Positions 27,705-38,360 of a stretch of 64,000 nt of DNA are shown here, one piece after another. Source of the DNA: Bispira polyomma (lineage: Eukaryota); contig OZ287750.1 in the NCBI GenBank assembly GCA_965649765.1, positions 62,496,001-62,560,000 of the forward strand. The letters are read 5' to 3'. Made by a program: the position numbers and the translations under genes. How positions within the stretch are numbered: the stretch's first letter is position 1; each line of letters starts with the position of its first letter. The notes under the pieces are model-generated. The model worked only from the letters and a program-made list of their open reading frames with translations. It made no database searches and was not told the origin of the DNA.

Positions 27705-27872
27705 GTCATCATTAGGCAATAGCGTGTTTTCACATCTTTTCCAAAGGATGTTATCCCCATAAGACCACAGGACCTTTTTAAGTTCTATTCACCAGACCAA
27801 CTCCCCCAGCCAGGATTCAAACTGGGGGTTCTTCTCATCACCAGACCACCTCCCTCACCACTAGGCTACAGT
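27705..27872 (-). mobile_element. tRNA-derived SINE remnant
   Basis: Minus-strand head tgtagcctagtggtgag...gtttgaatcctgg and core ggggataacatcctttggaaaagatgtgaa. Confidence 0.6.
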
Positions 27873-30080
27873 AGACCATGAATAATGTAAAGTCATGTCA
27901 ATTCATTCATTATATAAGAAGCATTTCAACTGTTTTTGGTGTTACAATTTGCTTGAAGCACTGACAAGTACTCCATGGTCAATGACGGTATGGACAAGAT
28001 CCCTCCCTCACACACTCACACAGTCCCTACCCTTTCAAACACAAGCACCCTTCGATATAACCTTTTGGCCAGTGCTACTACATTTAACTCATTAGCTAGG
28101 TGGTATTTAAGGCGATTTTTTACAAAGTGACTTAAGTCTTTGGTAACCTGAGTATAGGTTGAGGTACTACTAGTTAGTGATTCCTCCTTGGCTACAATGA
28201 TGAAGTACCATATTGATGAATTTTACGTTACTTACTTAAGCTACTTTAACAGTTGTTTGAAATTTTATATGTGAAATTTGCCTAAATTAAGTCAAGTGTG
28301 GACACTTAAAGAACTAAATAGTATCCACTTGGAACAAAGCCAATGTACCACAAGTGTATTTGTCAACTTGATAATAAATATAATGTCTCACACTTGCCTA
28401 TAGTTTATGTGAGATTCATTTCCAGCAGATCCAGCAGATCTATTGCTTACAATTTCGTCAGGGGATATCATCTCCTAATCAATTCACACTGCGCCTTAAC
28501 TCCCATCTGTAAAAGGCTAGTATGTTTGTCTTTACATTATAAAATTTGGCTAGGATCCTGGAATTGCATCCAGAACCTAGATAAAAGATCTGTGCATAGT
28601 TTTGCCTGTATATTTGGATGCCAGTTTTCAGATTCCTATTAGTCTGAATGCTTACTATGATGCATCTTCTTGTACTCACTCATAAGCTAAAGTGATGTGG
28701 AAATTCGAATTTAGCTGAATGTGAATAGGTCATAATACAAACAATGGTTGGTTATAACTTCTGGTTTGCCGAACTCGTTAGTTGTCCAATGGGATCCTCC
28801 CCGTTAAATGTAATGCTGTATTGCTTGCAATTTTTGGCAATGTACAAGCAACGGTAAAAAGCAGTCCAAACGACCATTAGTGATAATACGATGGCAATTC
28901 TATCACATGTTATGCTGAACCCTTAAAGGCCCCCCACTAGAGGTTGTAAATGACAATTTGATAAAATAATTGCTGTCTTCCTTTTTAGGGTGACATTCGT
29001 AGTGGAAATAAAATTGCTCAGGAAGAAATTCCATTCTTATGTTTTGGACCAGTTAAAAAAAACACCTTGTGTTGGACATGTCTTTAGTGGTGGCATTGTT
29101 TGCTAAAAAAAACCTTTCACTTGTCTCTTAAAGAGAAAGAAACAAGATGGACCAGTTGTTTGTGGTAAAATTATGTGACTAAATCCAGACATAACTCTCG
29201 ATTTAAATGTTACATATATTACAGCATGTGTCAAATTTTGCAGATTTGGACCAATGTTTCATTTATCATTTTAGATATTTGAATATTTTAGTAGAAACCT
29301 GTTCTTAGTTTTAGTTTTTTTTTTAGGGGAGGCTGATTTGTAAAAAAAAACACCAGTATTGATAAAACAGTTGTTAGGATTACATGACAGAAGTCAAATA
29401 CAGTTGTTTAAGTCTCAGCCTGTCAATTGTGAAGTCATTGAGACTGTACACGCATACAGAGTCAGACTTAAGGTCTGTTTTCATACATGCGTATCAGTCA
29501 TCCGTTATTGCCAGTGAGGCATGATCACTTATCTGATGACCTATAGTATTTTAATAGCTGCCTCTAACCAGAACTGTCATTAGAACATGGAGTAATCCCA
29601 GGACACGTACTATATAAGTATGTAGTCAATTTTTTTTGTAAAATCCAAGAGGTGGATAGTTCTTAAAGAAACTGACATTAGCTATAAAATGTGGTTATTC
29701 TTTTCAATAACCAATTGACTTTTAGAACAGAAACTGCCATCTTCAAAATAACTTACATGCATTAATCCTAATAAATTTGAAAAAAAAAGTGATGGTCTTT
29801 GTATACAGAAACAACCTATACTTAAGTTGTGAACCTCATATTAAGTTTTTTTTTTATCCTATTCATCATAAGTTTGCAAATATTCTGTACTTTCAACCCT
29901 GTCCTTTTCAACATATGTTCAGAGTTGATGGTTAAATGTATAGGTGTGTACAGTAAAACATATAATTAATCTATAGACTCATTGAGTACGAAGTCAACCT
30001 TCACGGCTGAATGTGAGTTTTAATTTTTAGGTAGAATTATATTTAGCTACTAATAAAGTAGAACCTCTATTATCTGTACA

Positions 30081-31041
30081 CTTCCATGTGTCATATATAT
30101 AACACATTGTGAGAGGTGAGCCTGCACTTCGATGTGTCATATATATAACAAATTGTGAGAGGTGAGCCTATGCTTCCATGTGTCAGATATATAACACATT
30201 GTGAGAGGTGAACCTATGCTTCTATGTGTCAGATATATAACACATTGTGAGAGGTGAGCCTACGCTTCCATGTGTCAGATATATAACACATTGTGAGAGG
30301 TGAGCCTATGCTTCCATGTGTCAGATATGTAACACATTGTGAGAGGTGAACCTACGCTTCCATGTGTCAGATATACCGGTTCCGCTTTCGGAAGTGCCCA
30401 GGGGCGTAAACGACGAAAATTCAAAGAAGTTGGGGGTGGGCGTTTGCGAGAAGGGGCGTTACGCGAACTCATTTTTCGTTTTAATCTGTACAAACACTTT
30501 AAAATGACATAAAATACACAAAAATCACCTATTTTATCTGTGATATAAAATAATCAAACAAATCCATACAATTTCTTGCGAAAAACAGCCCCATTTTGTT
30601 GTTTTTATCTTCAACTGTGTACTGGAAATTACAGGTGCTTCCAGGTGAGAAAACGTCACCATTGTTAGTGTACACAGGAAGCGCAAATGATGGCCAATTA
30701 TATGACCAAGTTACCTTAAACTATTATGTTTTACAAAGTTTTGCATATAAAAACATCGATTTTTGATAGTTTCTTTATGGTACTTTTTGTTATATGATTC
30801 GTTTTTTGCAAAATTAATTATCCGTTTTCCGTAATATTTGAAAAGTTGGGGATGGGCGTTTACGTGAACATGGGCGAGATGGAGAGCGGAACCGGTATAA
30901 CACATTGTGAGAGGTGAGCCTACACTTCCATGTGTCAGATATATAACACATTGTGAGAGGTGAACCTATGCTTCCCTGTGTCAGATATATAACACATTGT
31001 GAGAGGTGAGCCTACGCTTCCATGTGTCATATATAACACAT
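30081..31041. repeat. Minisatellite, 46-bp unit, ~9-10 copies, interrupted by a MITE
   Basis: Unit cttccatgtgtcagatatataacacattgtgagaggtgagcctacg, starting at 30081, 30127, 30173 and onward; the array resumes at 30896. Confidence 0.95.
30376..30895. mobile_element. Tc1/mariner-type MITE (520 bp) with TA TSD
   Basis: TIRs ccggttccgct / agcggaaccgg. Uninterrupted units read tcaga(ta)3acac, while the interrupted unit has (ta)2+element+(ta)2, i.e. a TA duplication. Confidence 0.9.
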
Positions 31042-31309
31042 TTTATTTTCTAATCATTTTTTCTAGTCCAAGGACTACAATTCTAAATATGGCAAAGGAT
31101 CAATAGCGTTTTGAGGTGCACATTGTGAGGGGCAAAATATTAACATAGTATAGCATTTATCAAAGTAAAATTAAAGTTTGGATAATGGAACATCTACTTT
31201 ATAAATACTAATTGTACAGCCCTATCCCAGTCAGTTGTGTAAACCATAGGCTTTCATTCACGCACCCTTTTAGCAGTGACAAAACGTGAGTCAGGTGACA
31301 CATGTGACA

Positions 31310-32213
31310 TTTTCTGTGTTTTTTCAGGTATACTAGTCAGTACACTTTATAACACGATGGTTTTAGTTACACCTGTCAGTTAGTAAACATTATAAGATTG
31401 TGTGTTTACGGTTACCCTTATCAGCTGGTAACCGTTATAACATTGCATTTTTGTTTGGTTACACTTGCCATTACACTTTATAACACATGTCAGTTAGTAA
31501 ATGTTATCACATTCTGTGTTTACAGTTACACTCATCGGCCAGTAAACATTATAACATTCTGTGTTTACAGATTCACTCATTAGCTGGTAAAAGTTATAAC
31601 ATTGTGTTCCACAGTTATATTTGTCAACCAGTAAACATTATAACATTGTGTTTTTTACAGTTACTCATCAGTTAGTAAACGTTATAACATTGTGTGTTTA
31701 TAGTTACACTCTTTAGTACACGTTATAACGTTATGTGTTTACAGGTACACTCATCAGTAAACGTTATATCATTGTATGTTTACAGTTATACTCGTCAGTA
31801 AATGTTATAATGTTGTGTGTTTACAGTTACACTCGTCAGTAAACATTATAACATTGTGTTTTTTACAGTTACTCGTCAGTTAGTAAACGTTATAATGTTG
31901 TGTGCTTACAGTTACTCTCATCAGCTAGTAAACGTTATAACGTTGTGTGTTTACAGTTACACTCTTTAGTACACGTTGTAACGGTATGTGTTTACAGGTA
32001 CACTCATCAGTAAACGTTATAACATTGTGTTTACAGTTACACTCGTCAGTAAACATTATAACATTGTGTGTTTACAGTTACACTCGTCAGTAAATGTTAT
32101 AACGTTGTGTGTTTACAGTTACACTCGTCAGTACATGTTATAACATTGTGTATTTACAGTTACACTCGTCAGTACACGTTATAATATTGTTTGTTTGCAG
32201 TTACATTCGTCAG
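31310..32213 (+). repeat. Minisatellite, 41-45-bp unit, ~21 copies, running into the splice acceptor and exon start
   Basis: Unit acagttacactcgtcagtaaacattataacattgtgtgttt. The last unit is the real junction ttgtttgcag|ttacattcgtcag. Confidence 0.92.
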
Positions 32214-32327
32214 TTGCCCAGCCACACGACCTCACCTGTCAAGTGTGTGAGAAGCAATGTTACAGTACAGACAGGTTCTACAAACACATGCACAAGTATC
32301 ACCCGGACTACTGGAGAGTGTTTGCAG
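32201..32327 (+). CDS. C2H2 zinc-finger protein, internal coding exon (finger 1); gene 5'-incomplete in this window
   Basis: Acceptor ttgtttgtttgcag|32201 (an alternative AG is at 32212-32213) and donor G|gtcagt at 32328 (phase 1). Encodes LHSSVAQPHDLTCQVCEKQCYSTDRFYKHMHKYHPDYWRVFA, a C-x2-C-x12-H-x4-H finger. Phase matches the next exon. Confidence 0.85.
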
Positions 32328-32687
32328 GTCAGTGGCACGGTCAATGGGTGGTCACTGTTACAGGTGACACACGTCCAGCATTTAGACATACTGGTGGTCC
32401 TATTGTAAACTTGGTGGCCCGCAATGGTTATTTGTTGAATTCTTCTTGTAAAACACTGCTTACAGTGTCATTCATAATGTGAATTAAATACTTATTCCAA
32501 AAGAACATGGTGTGTGACAATGCACAGCCTTGGCCACAGAACTTGAACATGGCCACTTCACAAAATCAATAGAAAATCAATATAAGTTTAAAGCCGCGTC
32601 AAAGTTAGGTCCAAGTCATGACCACCCTGCTTCAAATTAGCAAATTGTTCCAAAATTGTAATCACCTTGTACAATCCTTTAAGTATA

Positions 32688-35222
32688 ATTATGTCCACCC
32701 CAGTGGGGGGTGGACATATTACTTTTGCTTTTTCCGGCGTCCGCCGTCCGTCACGTTTGGTTTCCGGTCATTTCAAGAAAAAGTATTTATCCTATGTCTA
32801 CCAAATTTGGTGTGGGTGTTTATTGGGTTAATAGCTTGCATGGGATTGCTCCATAGCTAACTGAGTAATAGCTACTTATTTACTTTTATGTACTTCTTTT
32901 GTTTTCGGGCATTTTAAGGAAAAATATTTGACATATCTTTACCAAATTTAGCATGACCAATAGTTAGGTCAATAGCTTGCTTGGGATTGCTTTTAATGAT
33001 AATAGCTATATAACTGACTCAGCAATAGCTACTTAGCTACTTTTAGTAGTAATAGCTACATAGCAAAAAACATAAATATGTCTATCTCCTAAACCATGCG
33101 AGATAGAGCGATTTCGTCGAAATTTTCGACCCTCAGGGTATCTGAGCAATGTACTCTTGGCAATTTTGAAAAAAAATTTACTCTCCCCAATAATGGCGGC
33201 CATTTTGAATTTTCGAATTTTTACCAAAAATGGAAAAACGTAAATTTGCTTCTATCTCCTTAACCGTGCGAGATAGAGTGATTTCGTCGAAATTTTCGAC
33301 CCATAGGGTATCTAAAAAATGTACTATAAGCAATTATCAAAACATTTTTCTCTCCCCAAAAATGGCGGCCATTTTGAATTTTCGAATTTTTCCCAAAACT
33401 GGAAAAACACAAATTTGCTTCTCTCTCCTTAACCGTGCGAGATAGAGTGATTTCGTCAAAATTTTCGACCCACAGGGTATCTAAAAAATGTACTATAGGC
33501 AATTTTCAAAAAATTTTCCTCTCCCCAAAAATGGCGGCCATTTTGAATTTTCGAATTTTTGCCAAAATGGGAAAAACACAAATTTGCTTCTATCTCCTTA
33601 ACCGTGCCAGATAGAGTGATTTCGTCAAAATTTTCGACCCACAGGGTATCTAAGAAATGTACTATTGGCAATTTTCAAAAAATTTTCCTCTCCCCCAAAA
33701 GTGGCGGCCATTTTGAATTTTTGCCAAAACGGGAAAAACACAAATTTGCTTCTATCTCCTTAACCGTGCGAGATAGAGCGATTTCGTTGAAATTTTAGAC
33801 CCACAGGGTACCTAATCAATGTACTATTGGCAATTTTCAAAAAATTTCCTCTCCCCAAAAATGGCGGCCATTTTGAATTTTCGAATTTTTGCCAAAAAAG
33901 GAAAAACACAAATTTGCTTCTATCTCCTTAACCGTGCGAGATAGAGCGATTTCGTCCAAATTTTCGACCCACAGGGTATCTAAAAAATGTACTATTGGAA
34001 ATTTTCAAAAAAATTTTCCTCTCCCCAAAAATGGCGGGCATTTTGAATTTTCGAATTTTTGCCAAAATGGGAAAAACACAAATTTGCTTCTATCTCCTTA
34101 ACCGTGCGAGATAGAGCGATTTTGTTGAAATTTTAGACCCACAGGGTACCTAATCAATGTACTATTTGGCAATTTTCAAAAAATTTCCTCTCCCCAAAAA
34201 TGGCGGTCATTTTGAATTTTCGAATTTTTGCCAAAAATGGAAAAACACAAATTTGTTTCGATCTCCTTAACCGTGCGAGATAGAGCGATTTTGTTGAAAT
34301 TTTCGACCCACAAGGTATCTAAAAAATGTACTATAGGCAATTTTCAAAAAATTTTCCTCTCCCAAAAATGGCGGCCATTTTGAATTTTCGAATTTTTGCC
34401 AAAACTGGAAAAACCCAAATTTGCTTCTATCTCCTTAACCGTGCGAGATAGAGCAATTTGTTATTACTCTCACACACTGCCCATCAATTGATTTCTTCTG
34501 AGCTTTCAAAGAATTTACGCACAGATTATACAACGAACAATAGCTTTTTCTTGATCTCGCCTGAGTAGACACACCACATACACCCTTCCTTTGGTGTAAA
34601 TAAAAAATTAGGAAACTTGTGCACCCTTTTTTTGATACAAATAAAATAACATGAAATTTATGCACTAAAGCTTTGATTTAAATAAATAAACTTATGAAAC
34701 TTATACATAAACCTGAAAAAAATGGACCTTAATCGATTGTAAATGTAGTTTATCATTACCTTACATCAGATTTTTATAAATAATAGTTAAATTGTCTGTT
34801 GCAAAGAAATTTTACAAAATTGATGCCCAATTTTCCCACCCATCACTTTAGCTGATGGCCAATTTTCCTGATGGGATTTTTTGCTGATGGGATTCACTTG
34901 ATGGACATTTTTCCTGATGGGCTTTTTTCAGGAATCTGTTACATGGTGCACACTACTAGGCAGTGCTTGTGTAAATGTGTTATGTACCATTTAGTTAGAC
35001 AGCATTTTGTCCCCCTTGCAATTTTGACTGCCGTTTTGTCCTATCGGTATTTTGTCCGACGACATTTTGTCCGTGCAGTTGAAATAATTTACATGTATAC
35101 TAATAAATTTTGGAGCATCGTTGATATATTTTACAAACAAAACATTCCTGTAAGACTACTGTGCAATTGTTTCAAAAGGTTCATGGGGTGGACATTACAC
35201 ATGCTAATGTGTGTTCTTCTAT
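32688..35222 (+). mobile_element. Apparently complete Helentron-associated element (HINE-like), copy 2, with ~8 units of the ~169-bp satellite
   Basis: 5' subTIR plus inverted repeat tatgtccacccc...ggggtggacata, then microsatellite. Units start at 33081, 33251, 33420, 33589, 33751, 33919, 34089, ~34258 and 34426 (partial). 3' subTIR ggggtggacat at 35185-35195, then hairpin acacat-gcta-atgtgt at 35197-35212. Confidence 0.85.
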
Positions 35223-36124
35223 GCTATCCTGTTTCTTTTCATATGTTGCAGCTACTCTTAACAGGGCGTCCTATTTCTAGTTAATTCTAGTATTTCAGGC
35301 CTGTCGCATAATTTTATGGAAGATCAGTACTTGGTCAAGTAGAGTTTAGTCAGGCATGGTAATCTGTAGTATAGCTGCAACTGTCTTATATTTTTAAAAT
35401 CCTGCTAAATAACTTAGACCCCAGTTGCTCCCAGTCTTAGTAATCTAAGCAAACTATTAAATTGTGTCTCCACACTTTTACGAAAAAACCCTAGCATGTT
35501 CTATATCATTTAAAGTCACAGCAATTTGTGAATTGGGTAGTTTCTCTGCCAGTATCTATACTGAACAATAGATTACAGGCTTTTGCCAAAAATCTAAAAA
35601 AATCTCTAGCAACTGGCTTTTCTGCCATAACCACATCTGCCTGTTATGCCTGGATTCTGATAATCAACCTTTACTTCCATCAGACTATCATTTGTTGGAT
35701 CTCGATCATAACTCATTCATATATGTGCCGACTTGGATTTCTATTACTTATTATTGCCTCTATGACATTATTTATTTTTCTGTTACATTGAAAAATCTCT
35801 TTGTGCTGTGTGTTTTTTGGCAGCATGCAGTATTATCTCTGGGATCAGTTTAAAGTACTTGTTTATCTTTGTCATGGCTAATAATAGATCTAATTATTGT
35901 GCTTGATCAAATGTTTTGTCCAAGATTTTATGTGCACTGTCAACTTAGTTCTTTTGACTTGGTCTTATAAGTACACCACCTCAAAGTATCTGTATATACT
36001 TGTATTCAAATTTATTGTCACCACATTTATCCACCTTAATCTGGTATTAAAAGTGGGAAGTAATTTTTTCATGACTGCCCAAGTACAGTCAAACAACATC
36101 AGTAACTGTCATTCCCCTAGAAAA

Positions 36125-36655
36125 AGTACTCTTTAAGTACTTTCTGGGTTATGAAACTCTTTGAAGTATTTTCTTGCTTATGAAACTCTTTAAAGTACTT
36201 TCTGGGTTATGATACTCTTTGAAATACTTTCTGGGTTGTGATACTCTTTGAAGTACCTTCTGGATTATGAAACTCTTAAAAGTATTTACCGGGTTATGTA
36301 GGTAACTCTTTAAACCCAAACTCTTTGCAGTACTTACCGGATTATGTAACTCTTTAAAATACTTGACTGGTTTGTGAAACTCCTTGAAGTATTCACTGTG
36401 TTATAAAACTCCTTGAATTACTTGCTGGGTAATTCTGAGGTACTTTGGGGCTTGAGAAACTCTTTGAAGTATTTACAAAGTTGTGAAACTCTCACTGGGT
36501 TATAAAACTCCTTGAATTACTTGCTGGGTAATTCTTAAGTACTTGTTGGGTTGTGTACATTTTTGAAGTACTTTCTGGGTTGTGAAATCATTTGTAGTTA
36601 CTGGGTTATAAATGTGTTTCCAAGTATGTACTGGTACAACTCTTTAAGTACTCGC
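36125..36655. repeat. Degenerate minisatellite, ~29-bp unit
   Basis: Consensus aaactctttgaagtactttctgggttatg; ends about 35 nt before the acceptor at 36689. Confidence 0.8.
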
Positions 36656-36689
36656 TTTGTTTTAATATGTGTATTATTTGCTGTATCAG

Positions 36690-36788
36690 GTGACCGCCCA
36701 CTGTCAGACTTCATCAATCCAGAAATCAGACACCGAGAGAAACCCTTTATGTGCCAAATCTGCAATAAGAAGTATAGTCATGAAACAG
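36690..36788 (+). CDS. C2H2 zinc-finger protein, internal coding exon (linker plus N-half of finger 2)
   Basis: Acceptor atttgctgtatcag|36690 and donor cag|gtatgt at 36789; 99 nt, phase 1/1. Encodes (G)DRPLSDFINPEIRHREKPFMCQICNKKYSHET(G), with an EKPF-type linker and CxxC. Confidence 0.9.
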
Positions 36789-37331
36789 GTATGTGTGTAC
36801 AAATGTTACCTAGGTGGACAAACAGTTATGTGTGTACAAATGTCACCTCGGTGGACAAACAGGTATGTGTGTGCAAATGTCACCTAGGTGGACAAACAGG
36901 TATGTGTGTACAAATGTCACCTAGGTGGACAAACAGGTATGTGTGTACAAATGTCACCTAGGTGGACAACCAGGTATGTGTGTGCAAATGTCACCTAGGT
37001 GGACAACCAGGTATGTGTGCACAAGTGTTACCTAGGTGGACAAACAGGTATGTGTGTACAAATGTCACCTAGGTTGACAACCAGGTATGTGTGTACAAGT
37101 GTCACCTAGGTGGACAAACAGGTATGTATGTACAAATGTCACCTAGGTGGACAACCAGGTATGTGTGTACAAGTGTCACCTAGGTGGACAACCAGGTATG
37201 TGTACAAATGTCACCTAGGTGGACAAACAGGTATGTGTGTACAAGTGTCACCTTGGTGGACAACCAGGTATGTGTGTACAAATGTTACCTAGGTGGACAA
37301 ACAGGTATGTGTGTACAAATGTTACCTAGGT
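36783..37331 (+). repeat. Minisatellite, 37-bp unit, ~15 copies, starting inside the exon and reiterating the splice donor
   Basis: Unit aaacag|gtatgtgtgtacaaatgtcacctaggtggac. Confidence 0.95.
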
Positions 37332-37679
37332 AATAAGTGAGTGTTATACCCACTAGGCCACAAAAGTAAAAAAGATTCAACCTTGGTCCATGCGACATCC
37401 CTCCACAAAAATTTATGGAAATGGGTTCTGTGATTTCTTGCGTAGACTTGGGGACAAAAAAATACAAAAATTAAACCAATGGAAGATGGCAATTATTTTG
37501 CCTCCTTGCTAGAGGTAATAAATAAAAGTTTGATAAAATGCAAGCCTGTAAAAAGTAGGTTCCTTGTACTCAAACATGTACAATTTGTTCAGCCAAATGT
37601 CAACTGTTTCTTAGAATTACTGAAGGTTTCTATATTGTGGCAAGTGTTTAAGTTGAGGTTTTTGCTGCTTTAGTGTTAG

Positions 37680-38360
37680 TGGTAAGAGGAGTTAATCTAT
37701 CTTATACTACCTGAACATGCTGGGTCTTTATGTGCTAAGAGGAGTTAATCTATCTCATACTACCTGAACATGCTGGGTCTTTGTGTGCTAAGAGGATTTA
37801 ATCTATCTTATACTACCTGAACATACTGGGTCTTTGTGTGGTAAGAGGAGTTAAACTCTCTCATACTACCTGAACACATTGGGTCTTTGTGTGCTAAGAG
37901 GAGTTAATCTATCTCATACTACCTGAACATACTGGGTCTTTATGTGGTAAGAGGAGTTAAACTCTCTCATACTACCTGAACACATTGGGTCTTTGTGTGC
38001 TAAGAGGAGTTAATCTATCTCATACTACCTGAACATGCTGGGTCTTTGTGTGGTAAGAGGAGTTAATCTATCTCATAGTACCTGAACATGCTGGGTCTTT
38101 GTGTGCTAAGAGGAGTTAATCTATCTTATACTACCTGGACATGCTGGGTCTTTGTGTAGTAAGAGGAGTTAATCTATCTTATACTACCTGGACATGCTGG
38201 GTCTTTGTGTAGTAAGAGGAGTTAATCTATCTCATACTACCTGAACATGCTGGGTCTTTGTGTAGTAAGAGGAGGTAATCTATCTTATACTACCTGGACA
38301 TGCTGGGTCTTTGTGTGGTAAGAGGAGTTAATCTATCTCATACTACCTGAACATGCTGGG
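37680..38360. repeat. Minisatellite, 53-bp unit, ~13 copies, abutting a Tigger-like MITE body (38361-38508)
   Basis: Unit taagaggagttaatctatctcatactacctgaacatgctgggtctttgtgtgc. Confidence 0.95.

Noticed and set aside
28760-28925. Possible retroelement RT fragment (PMGSS / YAE-like words)
   Set aside because: The motifs are too degenerate and not in a consistent frame.
33033-34101. Several 64-80-aa ORFs (also 15064-15993 and 32618-32860)
   Set aside because: They are translations of the HINE head and its ~169-bp satellite.
36789-37292. Cys-rich ORF extensions (MCVQMSPRWTNRYVC...)
   Set aside because: They are translations of the 37-bp donor array and matter only as possible alternative-donor products.
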